A DNA stretch of 64,000 nt, from assembly GCF_006345805.1 (NCBI RefSeq), contig NC_043007.1:13826001-13890000 (forward strand), written 5' to 3'. The notes below the pieces were generated by a model that worked only from the letters and a program-made list of their open reading frames with translations, ran no database searches and was not told where the DNA came from. The translations under genes were made by a program, and so were the position numbers. The stretch's first letter is position 1, and each line of letters opens with the position of its first letter. Below, one piece after another: positions 51,061-64,000 of this stretch. This DNA is from Octopus sinensis (lineage: Eukaryota).

Positions 51061-51209
51061 GGTCGACTTTGCCTTTCATCCTTTCGGGGTCGATAAATAA
51101 AGTACCAGTTTTGCACTGGGGTCAATGTAATCGACTTAATCCCTTTGTCTGTCCTTGTTTGTCCCCTCTGTGTTTAGCCCCTTGTGGGCAGTAAAGAAAA
51201 AGAAATAGG
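51061..51209 (+). mobile_element. SINE family 3, 5'-truncated
   Basis: Central box and tail; ggtaagatgg is duplicated on both sides. Confidence 0.85.
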
Positions 51210-51535
51210 TAAGATGGCAGAGATCCGGCTACTATTTCTAGCTGGTCAACCACTGGTGCAATAACGACACAGTGTTATTTGCGTATTAATTAGAGCAAAC
51301 GATTTAAATAGACTAATTAATCTAACATCGGTATTTGATAAAAAGAAGGAATATGATTATTGAGGTTTGAAAATATACAAGATTGTTGGGATCTAGTAGG
51401 CAGGCTTCGTTATTATATACAATGGTCATTAATTAATTCAATACGAGTGTGCGTATATATATATATATATGTGTATGTGTGTGTGTGTGTTGCGGCCTTC
51501 TATAACACTAATTTTCTACATTCACACTTACACAT

Positions 51536-51567
<32 letters not shown>

Positions 51568-52421
51568 GTAGAGAGAGAGAGAGAAATGTATATCTAATTG
51601 CATATATACATATGTGTTTGTCTGTTATAGGCTTCTGTGACACTAAATAATTTTTCTCATGCACACAAGTGTGTGTATATATATATCACATAATTATATA
51701 ACACACACACACACACACACACTAACATTATTACATCAGGGGAAATATAAGAAGCTATGCATATATATATATTCATACACACACTCACTTGATATACATA
51801 CATACATACATACATACATAGAGAGTACACATAGCACAAACACTTGATACATACAAATTTATTACACACATATACACACACAGTACATACAACAAACTCA
51901 GCAAGTACACACACACACAAATAAACATACGCATATTTATGAGAAAGAGAGAGAGAGAGAGAGAGAGAAAATCAATTTTACTAGACAGAGTAAGTACATG
52001 TGAAACATCGTTAAGGTTTATGTAGAGGTCCTTGTATTAATTGAATTGACAAGCTCATTGGTAAGATGGTAAAATAAATATATTAATTACATACATAAAC
52101 ACATATTTGCTTGTTTACTAAATCTGCAGAGAATTGATTTGAAAGAGAAACAAAAGCTTTTTCCTTGGAAAATATATTTCACCAGTACAACACCATTTCG
52201 CATACATGCAAACGTGTTCTCTCTCTCTCTCTCTATATATATATATTAATATATGTGTACATACATACACACCACACCATATACATGCATGAGTATATGT
52301 ACATGTATGTACTTGTATATATGTATGCTGTGAATAAATATGCATTTATATACACACACAATTTCATATAGATACATGTATACACTATAAACATACATTT
52401 ATGCACACATATACAAATGTG

Positions 52422-52453
<32 letters not shown>

Positions 52454-52522
52454 TACACAAACGTGTGTATATATATACATACACACACATACAAAAGTGT
52501 ATAAGTATGTATGTATATATAT

Positions 52523-52555
<33 letters not shown>

Positions 52556-53950
52556 AGATATATACAAATGCCTGTTTGTATATATGTACATTTATATATA
52601 CACTTACACATACATTCATCTAGCTATCTATACATACATAGATACACACAGATGCATGTGTGTATATATATACATACACACACACACATATATACATAGA
52701 CACACAGACATACATACTAATAGTGACAGGTATATATTATACATGTGTGTGTGTGTGTGTGTGTAAATTGTATTAACAGACCATGCACATGGAATTGAAA
52801 ACGAGAAAATAGGTTTATTAGACCAGAAGAATTTAATGTAAATCTCAATGCGCCCCCCCCTCCTTTCCTCACCCCTCACTCATCTATTTCCAGAGAAATT
52901 CTAACTCTGAGAGAGGATTCATTTTAATTGACAGGAAATGGAAATAATTCCCATCTAAACCATTCCAGTTAGCCCCAAGAATAGGATCACAAGGAACTCG
53001 GAATTTCAGGGAACTTAAAGCCTTTAGATATATTATTGATGCCACTCTAGATGTGACCATCACTGTTTTTTTTTTTTTTTTGTTTTTTTTTATAGCTAAG
53101 CTGAAATACAATTAACGCGTCTTTTCTCATTCAAAATAGTGAAGTACTAATTTGAGGGTAATTTTTGTTGCTATTTCTAGGAGGTGAAAGGATTCTGTCA
53201 CTGAAACCCCAAGTTGTTTAATACTTTCAGTACCTTATATGTTTTTTTTTTTTTGAAACACATTTCAATTCATTTTGAAAATAAAGAATTTATTAAAATA
53301 TAAAGAAAATAATCAAAAACTTGTCGTTATTAAGCAGGTGTCTGGATCAAATTAGCATGGGAAATTTGATTGAAAGTCTTAATTTAGATCATTTTAAAAC
53401 AGTAAGCCCCTTTAACATGTAAGCAAGGGTGGTCTCAAATGGGTTGGTACCAAAAGGAAAGAATAAGCCCATAAATGTGAGCTTCAATTTTGAAATAACG
53501 ATGAGCAGAACTCAGGTAGCAAACTGGTAGAAATGTTAGCACAGCAGGTAAAAAAAAAATACTTAACGATATCCTCTTTCTAGCTTTGTTTTGAGTTTAA
53601 ATGTTGATGAGGTTGATTTCATCTCTCTTCTTTTTGGGGTTGCAGATGACAATAAAGTAATTAGATGCTGACGATGATGATAATGTACTGGTTCTAATAT
53701 TAATGCACTTAAATGTGTGTGTGTGTGTGTCTGGACACAGCACCTTCCTTTGGATGAAACCAAAAGAAAAAAAAATATATGAAGTCTTAAATGAATGATA
53801 TAAATTTCTGTAGGTATACTACCACTTTCATTTTATGTAAGAAAAAAAAAAGGGTTTTAATTAATATTCCAAACAACAAATAAAAAAGACAAAAAAATGT
53901 TATTTTCTTAAAACCTTTCAAATTCTTGATGGTTTAGAAATAAATCAAAT

Positions 53951-54329
53951 AATAAGAGCATTTAGAGAGCACAAACCTCCGCCAAGGCAGCACCAATGTC
54001 CTCTCAACAATTAGTTGGAGATTATTTTTAAAATGAGAATATCTGAAATAAACTCGACTGCTCTCACAAACGAGAATACTGAAAATGAACCTGACCGCTC
54101 TCAAAAATTAAGTAAAAAAAAAAAAACTGGAAAAAATAATCCAGAATCCTTGCCTGGTACCGGATCGGTCCGAAAATTTAATCAGTTTATGCCACTGAGG
54201 AGGCCAAACATTCCCAAAAGTTTCATTCGAATCTATCCAGCAGTTCTTGTGATATCTTTGTCAACGGACAAACAAACTAACAAACATCACTAAAAACAAT
54301 ACCTCAGCCTTTGCTAAGGCGGAGGTAAT
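53951..54329 (-). mobile_element. Helentron-associated interspersed element (HINE/DINE-1-like)
   Basis: Minus strand: 5' subTIR acctccgcc with adjacent inverted copy ggctgaggt, then a gtttgt/gtcc microsatellite, 3' subTIR ggcggaggt, a short stem-loop and a cttatt end; no TSD. Confidence 0.75.
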
Positions 54330-54665
54330 AATGATATTTCACCTCATAATTTATTTACTATTATCGGTAAATAGAAAAATATAAGGACAGGAAGAAAGTA
54401 AGAAATGTGCCAGAAATGATATTTTTAAAATGTAGTTAATATATAATTGTAACATATTAATAGATAATAAAACTTTAAATGCCTTTATAAAATAATTATA
54501 AAAATGCTAAAACGAAACTAGAATAATTTAAAATATACAATAACTTTTCTACTGACACAGCAGCTTACATTTGAAGATGAAAATTGCAAGGAAGATCTCT
54601 TTACCGTTTTCATTTGTCTTAATAAATTTATCTCAAACTCAGAATGCACTTCTCTGTGTGTGTGA

Positions 54666-54719
<54 letters not shown>

Positions 54720-55435
54720 CTGTTTTGAAATTATTATTGATGAAATAAGAAAAAAAAAATAGCAACATGAAAGTAAAATGAAAATGTAACGAGAGAGAAA
54801 GAAAGAGAGAGAGAGAGAGATGAAGGGATTAATTTAAGAAGAACAAGAAGAATAGGAAGGAAGAGAATAAAAACCAATAAATGAAAGGATAAATAAATAA
54901 ATGAATAAACAGCCTCCATAAAGGATTTATTCAGGAGAAAGGAAGAAAAGAAGGAAGGAAAACAATAGGCTAAATAAAAAGGAAGCGAAAGAACATATGT
55001 GATGTGAGAAAGGGAGTAGGGGAGAGACAAGGAAGAACCAGAACTGGACAAAAGTCTAAAAACATTCTATTCTCTTCACAATAGAACTGAGATGATGAAG
55101 GGTGGGGGTGGGGTGGAGAGAGGAGAGAGGAGAGGTGGGTGGATCCGTGGGACTAGATGGGGGTGGGTGGCGTGGCGGTGATGGTGGGGAGGGAGGAACG
55201 GTGTGGGTGTGTAGAGGGAAGAAAATGAAATGTGGGTGGGGTGGTGTGGGGGTCGGGGGAAGATAGCTGAAATAAGGAAATGTGGGAGGGAGGGAGAGAG
55301 GGGTGAATCGGGGTGGATGGATGGATGGATTGATGGGCAAGCAGAGGGTGGTGGGTAGATATAGTTGGCTGCAAATCAAACTGTGGTCCACTTGGTAACT
55401 CCTAGGAACTGAGAAGTGCACAGGAGTGACCACTG

Positions 55436-55471
<36 letters not shown>

Positions 55472-55889
55472 GGTGGTCAAATGGAAAGACATACAGACAG
55501 ACACACCAAGACGGAGAGAGAAAAGTGAGGAGGAAAGAGTGACAAGAAGCCCCATGGACCCACCACAAATTTCACAACAACCACCCATTTCGTTTGTGTG
55601 TTTTCTTGTTTTGTTTTTGTTTGTTGAGCCCCCACCCATGTTTTATTGGGGGAGATGGTGGTGGGTGTTCACAGGGGTAACATTAGATTTTTGACAATCA
55701 CAACAAAAAAAGGAAAGAACAAAACGGGGTGGGAAAAGAGGGGGAAGAACAAAAATATGTATATAAAACAAAAACGGGAAATCAAGAAGGAAGACACCCA
55801 CCCAGCTACCCGCCACCCAAGACCACCATTCCTCCAAATGTACCCTCCACCCCTTTCACCATTTTTTTTTTTTTTGCTGATCTGCACAG

Positions 55890-56010
55890 ATCATTTCTAC
55901 ATGAAATAATACAAGTAACGACAGAGAATGGCAGTAGGGAGCTGAGCAAGATGGGAGCGGAGCGAGGGAAGCGGAGAGGCAGCGGATATCTGCTTCTGTT
56001 TATCCATTCG
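55890..56010 (+). CDS. Candidate exon (121 nt), frame SFLHEIIQVTTENGSRELSKMGAERGKRRGSGYLLLFIHS, product unknown
   Basis: Poly-T tract plus gctgatctgcacag| acceptor, donor TCG|gtaaac, open frame, CpG-containing unique island. Confidence 0.22.
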
Positions 56011-56271
56011 GTAAACATTAATTAATACATCTACAATAATAATAATAATGACTGATAAAAATAAAGCATCTTGAATCGCTAGTTTAATGCGGTATACATA
56101 CACAGACCCCGCCACCCATGGGTGTCTGTATATTATATATTTCATACCCGATGTTCTTCTTCCCTCAAGTTGACTAGATATCTACATGACAGTATAAACA
56201 TACACATACATAATTATATTTACGTAACCACACATATACATAATATTTATATACACCAATTATGTGTATAT

Positions 56272-56643
56272 TCTTTTATTCTTTTACTTTGTTTCAGCCA
56301 TCTGACTGAGGCTGTGCTGGAGTACTGCCTTTAGTTGAACAAATTGACCCCAAAACTTATTCTTTGTAAGCCTAGTACTTATTCTATTGGGCTCTTTTGT
56401 GGAACCGCTAAGTTACGGGGATGTAAACACACCAACAGCATCAGTTGTCAAGCAATAGTGGAGGAGACAAACAGATACACACACACGGGCTTCTTTTGGT
56501 TTCCATCTACCAAATTCACTCACAAGGCTCTGGTCGCCCTGAGGCTGTAGAAGATACTTGCCCAAGGTGCCATGCAGTGGGACTGAACCCGGGATACACT
56601 CAATCCATGCCAGCATGGAAAACGGATGTTAAATGATGACGAC
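56272..56643 (-). mobile_element. SINE family 1 (5'-truncated at the B-box) fused to an oppositely oriented family 5 tail
   Basis: Family 1 similarity ends at gggactgaacccgg (~56593), followed by ccatgccagcatggaaaacggatgttaaatgatgac. Confidence 0.75.
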
Positions 56644-56944
56644 AACACACACTGACACCCAAGATGTCTATCTATATGTATGTATGTATGTATGTATACA
56701 CACACATGTACACAAACATATATATATAGAAGCTAAGGTTTTAATTATCACCAAGAAACCCCCAACAAACAGGAAGTTTTTAAACAATGTACTTTCGTGA
56801 TGTTTGTTCTGCCACAAATTAAAGGCACTTCCTTGTTATTTCCATCATCGTAAATGTATGGTACAGCTGGGGAGTCCCTGCCACCAACAGCACAACTATT
56901 TACTGATTTGTGATAAAGAAATATATATAAAAAAAAATAAAAAT

Positions 56945-57195
56945 AAATGCACCCTTTTAAAGCCTAGCCAGGCTCATGGGCCCGGTTTCCCGGGTTCTAT
57001 GGCGTATGTGTTCCCCAGCTGGACGGGACGCCAGTCCATCACAGCGTTACTCATTTTTGCCAGCTGAGTGGACTGGAGCAACGTGAAATGAAGTGTTTTG
57101 CTCAAGAACACAATGCATCGCTCGGTCCAGGAATTGAAACCACAATCTTACCATCATGATGCTGACATCCTAACCACTAAGCCACGCGCCTCCAC
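56945..57195 (-). mobile_element. SINE family 4 (tRNA head, CORE/V-like body), full length
   Basis: Minus strand gtggaggcgcgtggcttagtggttagg...gtgttcttgagcaaaacactt...gatggactggcgtcccgtccag; TSD agaaatatata (56917-56927 / 57198-57208). Confidence 0.85.
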
Positions 57196-57548
57196 ATAGA
57201 AATATATACTAATGAATAAATGCTTAACGACCTCATTCACTCATCATTGTTGTCATAAACAGAATGTCAATAAACTGCAAAAGTGTATCTCGTTTGCAGT
57301 TAATTAGCATTTGGTTAAATTATACTGTAATAGAGATGACAAGTGATGCAACCCACTTCACACGTGTTACCAGGAAACTTTGGTAGGCATCATTGGAATG
57401 AATTAGAATATTCTCCAATTAATTTCTAGTATTCAGCAGAAATTTATTTAAAAAAAAAAAAATAAAAAATCGATTTTTAATATTCATTTTTCCCCCCCTT
57501 AAACAAAGGAAAATAATTATGTAATTTCAAGTACTTGACTTTCTAAAC

Positions 57549-57701
57549 CAGCCATGGATAAACTGCAGCCCACGTGAATTCCTGAATAGAGAATTACCTA
57601 GAATTCCCCACCCACTCCACCAGTAGTGTGGCCCACCCGATGGGGGTAGCCATGTCACATGCAGCCCACTTCTTGAAAAAAAAAAACATTGCCCATACCT
57701 G
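57549..57701. mobile_element. hAT-type MITE
   Basis: Termini cagccatggataa / ttgcccatacctg; 8-bp TSD ttctaaac / ttctaaat; related to 21531-21943. Confidence 0.75.
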
Positions 57702-57984
57702 TTCTAAATGCTTCACAGCTTAGGACTTGGCTAGTCACAGCGAAAGTGAACATAGGGTAACAGTAAGACCAAGAACACACCACACATATAGACAGAAATA
57801 CCATGAAATATGGTAGATTTAGAGAGAGGGACACACAGACTTAATGTATTCCAAGTCCCTTCTATATGTCTAGCTATTGGCAGAGAGGGATAACAAGAAG
57901 CCGAATGGATTTTGCTTTCGCAATTAATGTCTACTGCACGTAGTGAGATTATCTACAACTAGTTATAAAAATACTTTAGGGTCT

Positions 57985-58619
57985 GGGCACAAGGCCAGAA
58001 AATTTAAGGGGAGGGGGGTTAAGTGAGCACATTCAGTGCTCAACTGCTACTTCTATTTCTATTTGCTATTGACCCTGAAAGGGTGAAAGGCTAAGGTGAT
58101 CTCGGTAGGATTTGAACTCAGATTGTAAAGAGACAGAAGAAACGCTGTTAAGCGTTTTGTTCGATGTACTAACAATTCTAACAACCTGCTACCTTGCTGC
58201 TGCTGATGATGATGATAGCAATTCTTTCTACTAAAAGCATAAGGCATGAAATTTAGGGGAGAGAAGGGATTAAATCAATTACATTGACCCCAGTGCATAA
58301 CTGGTACTTATTTTATCAACAGCAAAAGGATGACAGGTAAAGTTGACCTCGGCAGAATTTGAACTCAGCTTGCCAGCTTAAATAATAATAATAACAACAA
58401 CAACCCTTTCTACTGGAAGCACAAGGCCTCAAATTTGAGGGAAGGGATTAAGTCGATTACATCAACCCCAGTGTGTAACTGGTACCGATTTAATAGACCC
58501 TGAAAGGATGAAAGGTAAAGTCGACCTCGGCGGAATTTGAACTCAGAACACAGCGACGGGTGAAATAATGCTAAGCATTTCGTCTAGCATGCTAACGATT
58601 CTGCTAGCTTGCTGCCTTA

Positions 58620-58620
<1 letters not shown>
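57985..58620 (-). mobile_element. Three diverged SINE family 3 copies separated by trinucleotide tracts
   Basis: Central box at ~58070, 58320 and 58495, with many CpG-type substitutions. Confidence 0.8.
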
Positions 58621-58652
<32 letters not shown>

Positions 58653-59414
58653 TCTAACTTTGGCAACAAGGCCAGCAATTTTAGGCAAAGAGGCAAGTCA
58701 GTTACTGGTACTGAGAGGAGTGTCAAGCAATTTGAAAGAGTAAAAAGAACTTAATTTCACCTCAGTGTAATTTCGCAGAATAAAAAATAAAAATAAAAGG
58801 CTTCTTTTGATTAGGTGAAGGGTTTTATATATTTCTGGGGACAAACGGAAAACAAAATAAATGGAAACCAAAATAATGTAAAGACCCAGCCTTTAATAAT
58901 CACCAATAATTTATATCTTTATTTCATCTATGTAAGACCAGTTTTTGTTATACAGATCAGTTTAACAGAAATTACTACGTCAAGTTTATTGCGGTAATAC
59001 GGCGTGCATAAAATACCAGTTCCATCTTTGGTAAATTTAATTTCGCAGAATAGTGTTAATGAAACCATCAGGTCGGAGGTGAAATTATATCTACAAAAAC
59101 CAGGGAAAATTTGAACCATTCTTCAGCAGACAGCAATTTAATATTTCTATTAAATTTATTTCCCAAACTGGCTAAGTCTACTGTATTAGTAATAAAATTG
59201 TTTATTAGGAGAATCAACCAGACTCAGTGAAATTTGAACCAGGTAACTGAAGGTAAGCAAATTCGGTATAAAACGGTACCAAGTCTGGTGCTGTTATATT
59301 CCTCTATTCTCACTAAAACCAACTGGGGTTATTTGAAGTTAACTCCACAAGTTTCAGTAACTGGCAATAAATTATAAACAAAAAGATTAAAAAAATAACA
59401 AAAAGGCAACTGCA

Positions 59415-59446
<32 letters not shown>

Positions 59447-61242
59447 TTACACTAATTGAACAGCCTGAAGTGATGAAAAAATAGTATAATACAAAAAAAT
59501 GTTATAAAAATTTTTTTTTTCCTAAAAGAAATTTTTAAAAGACTAAAAATATTTGAAATTATAACACACACATACACACAAGTGCATAGACACATACACA
59601 CACACACACACACAGATACAGACACACACGCCTTACAAACAAAATGATTAAATTGATAAAGGAGAATAATTTAAAAATAACAAATAAGTTAAAAAGCAAG
59701 TAAAAAAAATTCAAATAAAAAAGAGTGATGAAAAAAGGACAAAAACGCAGAAAAGTGAAAAAAAAAATCCCCCAGTAAAGAAAACAAAAATTGAAAAAAA
59801 ATGATGATGATAATAATAATAATAATAATAATAATAAAGGGAAAAAAACAGGTGGGGGGGGGAATCGAGGAGGTGACGATTGAAGACGGGAGTTCAATGA
59901 ATATGGAGCGGGGTGGTGGAATACTAGATGAATACATGATATGGTTAAGATGAGGGTGTGGATCGAGAGATTGGACACCCAGGTTCATGGCTGCGGCAGC
60001 AGCAACGGCGGCAGTGGTGGTTGGGGGGGGGGGGTGAGCAGCAGGTGGATGTGTGAGCGTGGGTAGCAGAGGGGGTGATGGGGGTGGGGTCACTAGAGAT
60101 GAAGAAAGAAGAGGCTGAAGGTAGTTAATATCAGGGGGGGAAAAAAAAAAGAAAGAAAAAAGCAACAAAAAATTAAAAAAAAAAATCAACCCCCAAACCT
60201 AACCCACCCCAAACCAACCCAACCATCCTCCACCCAGCTTCACCACCGGCACCCAATTTGATAACACATGGTTCTTCCCAGCATTCATTCATGGAAAAAC
60301 ATACTAATAACACTAATATTGCAACTACTACTATAACTACTACTACTACTACTACTACCAATAATAATAATAATAATACTAATAATAATTATGATGATAA
60401 TTTCTGTTTTATTGGGCAAGACTGATACACTTTGAATAACACTAAATCAACTTGGGAAGGTTAAGGCAGGAGGGAGGGAGAGACGTTAGACAAATAACGT
60501 GGAAAGAAATAAATAGAAAAAATTTTCGGAGGGGGGGGGATAAACAAAAAAAAACTGCCAGCGAAAATGAAATATAAAAATACATTGCAAAAAAAAAAAC
60601 AATAAATAAATAAAATTTCATCACTAAATAAAAAAAAAAAAACTAAAAAAAATTTACATTTAAAGATACCAAAAACAAAAAAAATCAGGTTTTATGAACC
60701 AATTTGAAAGTTGTTGTTTAGTGACACCAACAATTAAGTTATTTAGTTGCACACCAAAATAATAATAATAATAATAATAATAATAATTAGAAAATAAGGA
60801 AAAAAACACTAAAAACTTGAGTCTTTTTATTTTATTTGTTTATTTTGTTGTAGCGCCTTCTCTCTGCTAAAAACAGTTTTCATTGCGTAATAATAAGAAT
60901 GATAAAATAATAATAATAATAATAATAATAACGATACTAATAATATCATCAGTTGGGTTAATTATGATAAATATTTATTGAAGTGTTAGCAACCACTAAT
61001 CGGTAATGTGTTGGTTAACGCTGTAATTAATTTGCTAGTGAGACACACGGTTACCTTACATCAATACTCCATGTAATCAAAAAAAAAAAAGACTAATTTG
61101 GTCAAAAGCAAGTTATGTAGATAACGAAGAGAGAAGACTAAAACACACACACGCATTAATTAAATATGCATATGAGCATGTGTGTACATATGAATATATA
61201 TATATATATATGTATATATATGTATGTATGTATATATATGTG

Positions 61243-61480
61243 TTTCTTTATTACCCACAAGGGGCTAAATATAGAGGGGACAAACAAAGACAGACAAAAG
61301 GATTAAGTCGATTACATCGCCCCCCCCCTCCCCAGTGCGAAACTGGTACTTTATTTATCGACCCTGAAAGGATGAAAGGCAAAGTCAACCTCGGCGGAAT
61401 TTGAACTCAGAACGTAATGACAGACGAAATACCGCTAAGCATTTCGCCCAGCGTGCTAATGATTCTGCTAGCTCGACACC
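61243..61480 (-). mobile_element. SINE family 3 monomer
   Basis: Colinear with 20446-20671. Confidence 0.88.
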
Positions 61481-62124
61481 TATATATATATATATATACA
61501 CATACATACACATGCATATATATATATATATATTGTAAATGCTTTAAACATTTTTGATGCAAGATAATCTTGTATGCTTTTCAGTATTTGGGCACTGCAA
61601 AATTATAATATCCTCATAACTTAGTGGTTCAGTAAAAGAGATCGATAGAATAAATACCAGGTTTTAAAAAAAATAACAGCTAGGGTTGGTTTAAATTCAA
61701 AAGATTGCTTTGGTCCACTGGAAGAATGCCTGTCATGTTTAGAGGAGATATGGGTTCAATACCCACTTGCAGTCTTCGGTTGTTTTCTAACCAAAGGGCT
61801 CACTTAACCCAATATTTCCATGCTATTATTTATAGCTTTAGCATCTGCTTCGAGATCCACTGTTCCCTGCCATCCTCATACACACACTGAATATCAGGAA
61901 GTAGTGACATTGGCCAAATTAATGGACAAGACGCTTTGGAATACTCAGTTAAAATTCAAGTTCAAATCCTGTCAGGATAGATAACACGAGACCGATAATT
62001 TCAGGGAGTCGAGTGGATTGGCTTATAAATAGTTGAGTGGATCCTTTATAAATTTGTAACCTTGTAATATCATATATATACACACACACACACATGTACA
62101 CATATACATACACAGTTGAGTTAA

Positions 62125-62597
62125 CCCATTCGTTACTGTATTTATTTTGAGATGTTCTGTGTTTCTTTCTATTACTTTAAATATAACAAAGAATTTAGTA
62201 AAATAACTTCGTTATCATTAAGCTAGTGTCAGGAATATAAATTGTGACTAAGGTTTGGTGGACAATTTTAATTCAAAACTTATGAAAACAAGATATTTGT
62301 ACTACAGAGCCAGAAACAACTTCAGCTGGGTTGGTATCAAAAGGGTTAAGAATTGTTTCTCTATTATATATTTTAACCCTTTTGTCACCCTATTTATTTT
62401 GAAATGTTCTGTGTTTCTTTCAATTACTTTAGATATAACAAAGAATTTAGTAAAATAACTTCGTTATCATTAATCTAGTGTCAGGAACATAAATTGTGAC
62501 TAAGGTTTGGTGGATGATTTTAATTCAAAACTTATGAAAACAAGATATTTGTACTACAGAGCCAGAGCCGGTTTCAGCCGGGTTGGTAATGAAAGGG
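62125..62597 (+). mobile_element. TTAA MITE family B tandem dimer with the same spacer as 35186-35660
   Basis: B1, TTAA, gaattgtttctctattatatatt, TTAA, B2; flanks unrelated to those of the 35 kb copy. Confidence 0.9.
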
Positions 62598-64000
62598 TTA
62601 AGCCATCATATATACATATATGTAAATATAAAAATATCTGAGTGTATGCATGTGTGTGTGTGTGTTCCTGTTTTCATTCACCTGTGTGAAAAGAATAATG
62701 CAGTGGAATAAAGGAATAAAGGAATTCATTCACAGACTTCTTTCAGAGAGAGAAAATAACAAACCTTGTTAAAGACATGACTTAATACACACACACACAC
62801 ACACATACAAACACGAACAGGGATCTACATAGAAGCAAGTTAGCCATGAAATATTGAGCTAAATAACATAAGACATAAGGAAGGCAGAAGAAACTGAAGA
62901 ATGTAGCAAATAAAGAGCGATAGACAGATGGAGAGAGAGGAGGAGGTGGGGGGGATATAGAAGAGTGGGTAAGACTGATAAAGAGGGAAGGAAAGAGAGA
63001 GAGAGGAGAGACAGAGAGGGAGGAGTGATTGGCAGTGATGTGTGTTATATAGATATGGCGGAAAGGATACGGAGAGAGGGAGAGGCAGGAAAAAAGAAAA
63101 AAAAAAGAGTGAGGGAGGATACTTATTAGGTAGACAAGGAGACAGGCAGTTGGTCAGACATTAGAGGGTGTGGATAGTTAGAAAGGTGATGGATCGATCA
63201 ATAAGTGTCTTGCAGCACTACTGGACCATTTACCAGCAGAAAATGGTTATTGACCAACTGGAGGAGAGAGAGAGAAAAAGGGAGAGCAAGGAGTAGGGGA
63301 GGAAGTAGGAAGGAGAGAGAGAAAAAGAGCGTTTGTTTGTGCGTGTGTGTGTGTGTGTGTGTTTGTATATGTGTGTTGAGTTGAGTTGCTAGCTGGACAG
63401 TGGCTGACCATTAGCTGGCTATGGATTACTACTGGAAGGGATGGCTTAGAATGGCCAAGCCTAACTAAGAATTGCCAACCTATCAGGTTACAGCATGAAA
63501 GGCAACGAGGAACTTGGCTTCAGACTTGATTTGCGAAAAAGGCACTTCCAGGAAGTGAATGTCATTTGGTCAGGAATTTCTAACCCCTAACCCCCCACCC
63601 ACACACACAGCCCACAAATGATGAGGATAGAGAAGAGGGTAAAAGATACAGAACAAGAGGAATACTAAATTAGGAAATCTGAACTGTTAATTAAAAGAGA
63701 AAACTGAAGGAGTAGGGCAACAAAATTAACCCCACTCGTTATTATAATTAAGCTGTGGATTAGCAGAATCAAAAGAAACACTAAATAAAATATAACAGCT
63801 ATTTATATATACCTGTGTGTGTGTGTATATATATATATATGGATATATATTTCAACGGTTTCCCTTGACATCAAAAATGTGACTAGACTATAAGAAACCA
63901 TTATAATAATTATAATCACAAGCAGTATTGGCTGGTGTTGCCCAGGGTTGTTTCAACCCTTTAGAATTGGAATTTTTGAAAAGTAAAAATTTTGCATTAT

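Noticed and set aside
45523-52879. Dozens of Y/I/H/T/C/V-rich ORFs
   Set aside because: Translations of dinucleotide repeats, open in several overlapping frames on both strands.

Overview
Repeat-saturated eukaryotic DNA, AT-rich and very dense in microsatellites. The tRNA-derived SINE families and the (TA)n/(CA)n/(GA)n/trinucleotide load point to an octopus (coleoid cephalopod) genome; this is inferred from repeat families, not from a search. There is a 100-N scaffold gap at 16671-16770. I recognise no host protein-coding gene, and almost all listed ORFs are translated microsatellites or SINEs. Supported content: at least five SINE-like families (one forming head-to-tail multimers inside single TSDs), the 3' end of an RTE-type LINE, two TTAA-targeting piggyBac-like MITE families that nest in each other, four hAT MITEs with 8-bp TSDs, a Helentron-associated HINE, TA-embedded foldback elements and a ~42 x 109-bp tandem array born inside a MITE. 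Most notable: a Penelope-type minimal hammerhead ribozyme motif with a (TA)n tract in loop II (6026-6133), the MITE-born satellite, an A(B(A)) MITE nest, recurrent SINE concatemer junctions, and a near-perfect 21-bp hairpin (4230-4280). A few isolated exon candidates are given at low confidence.
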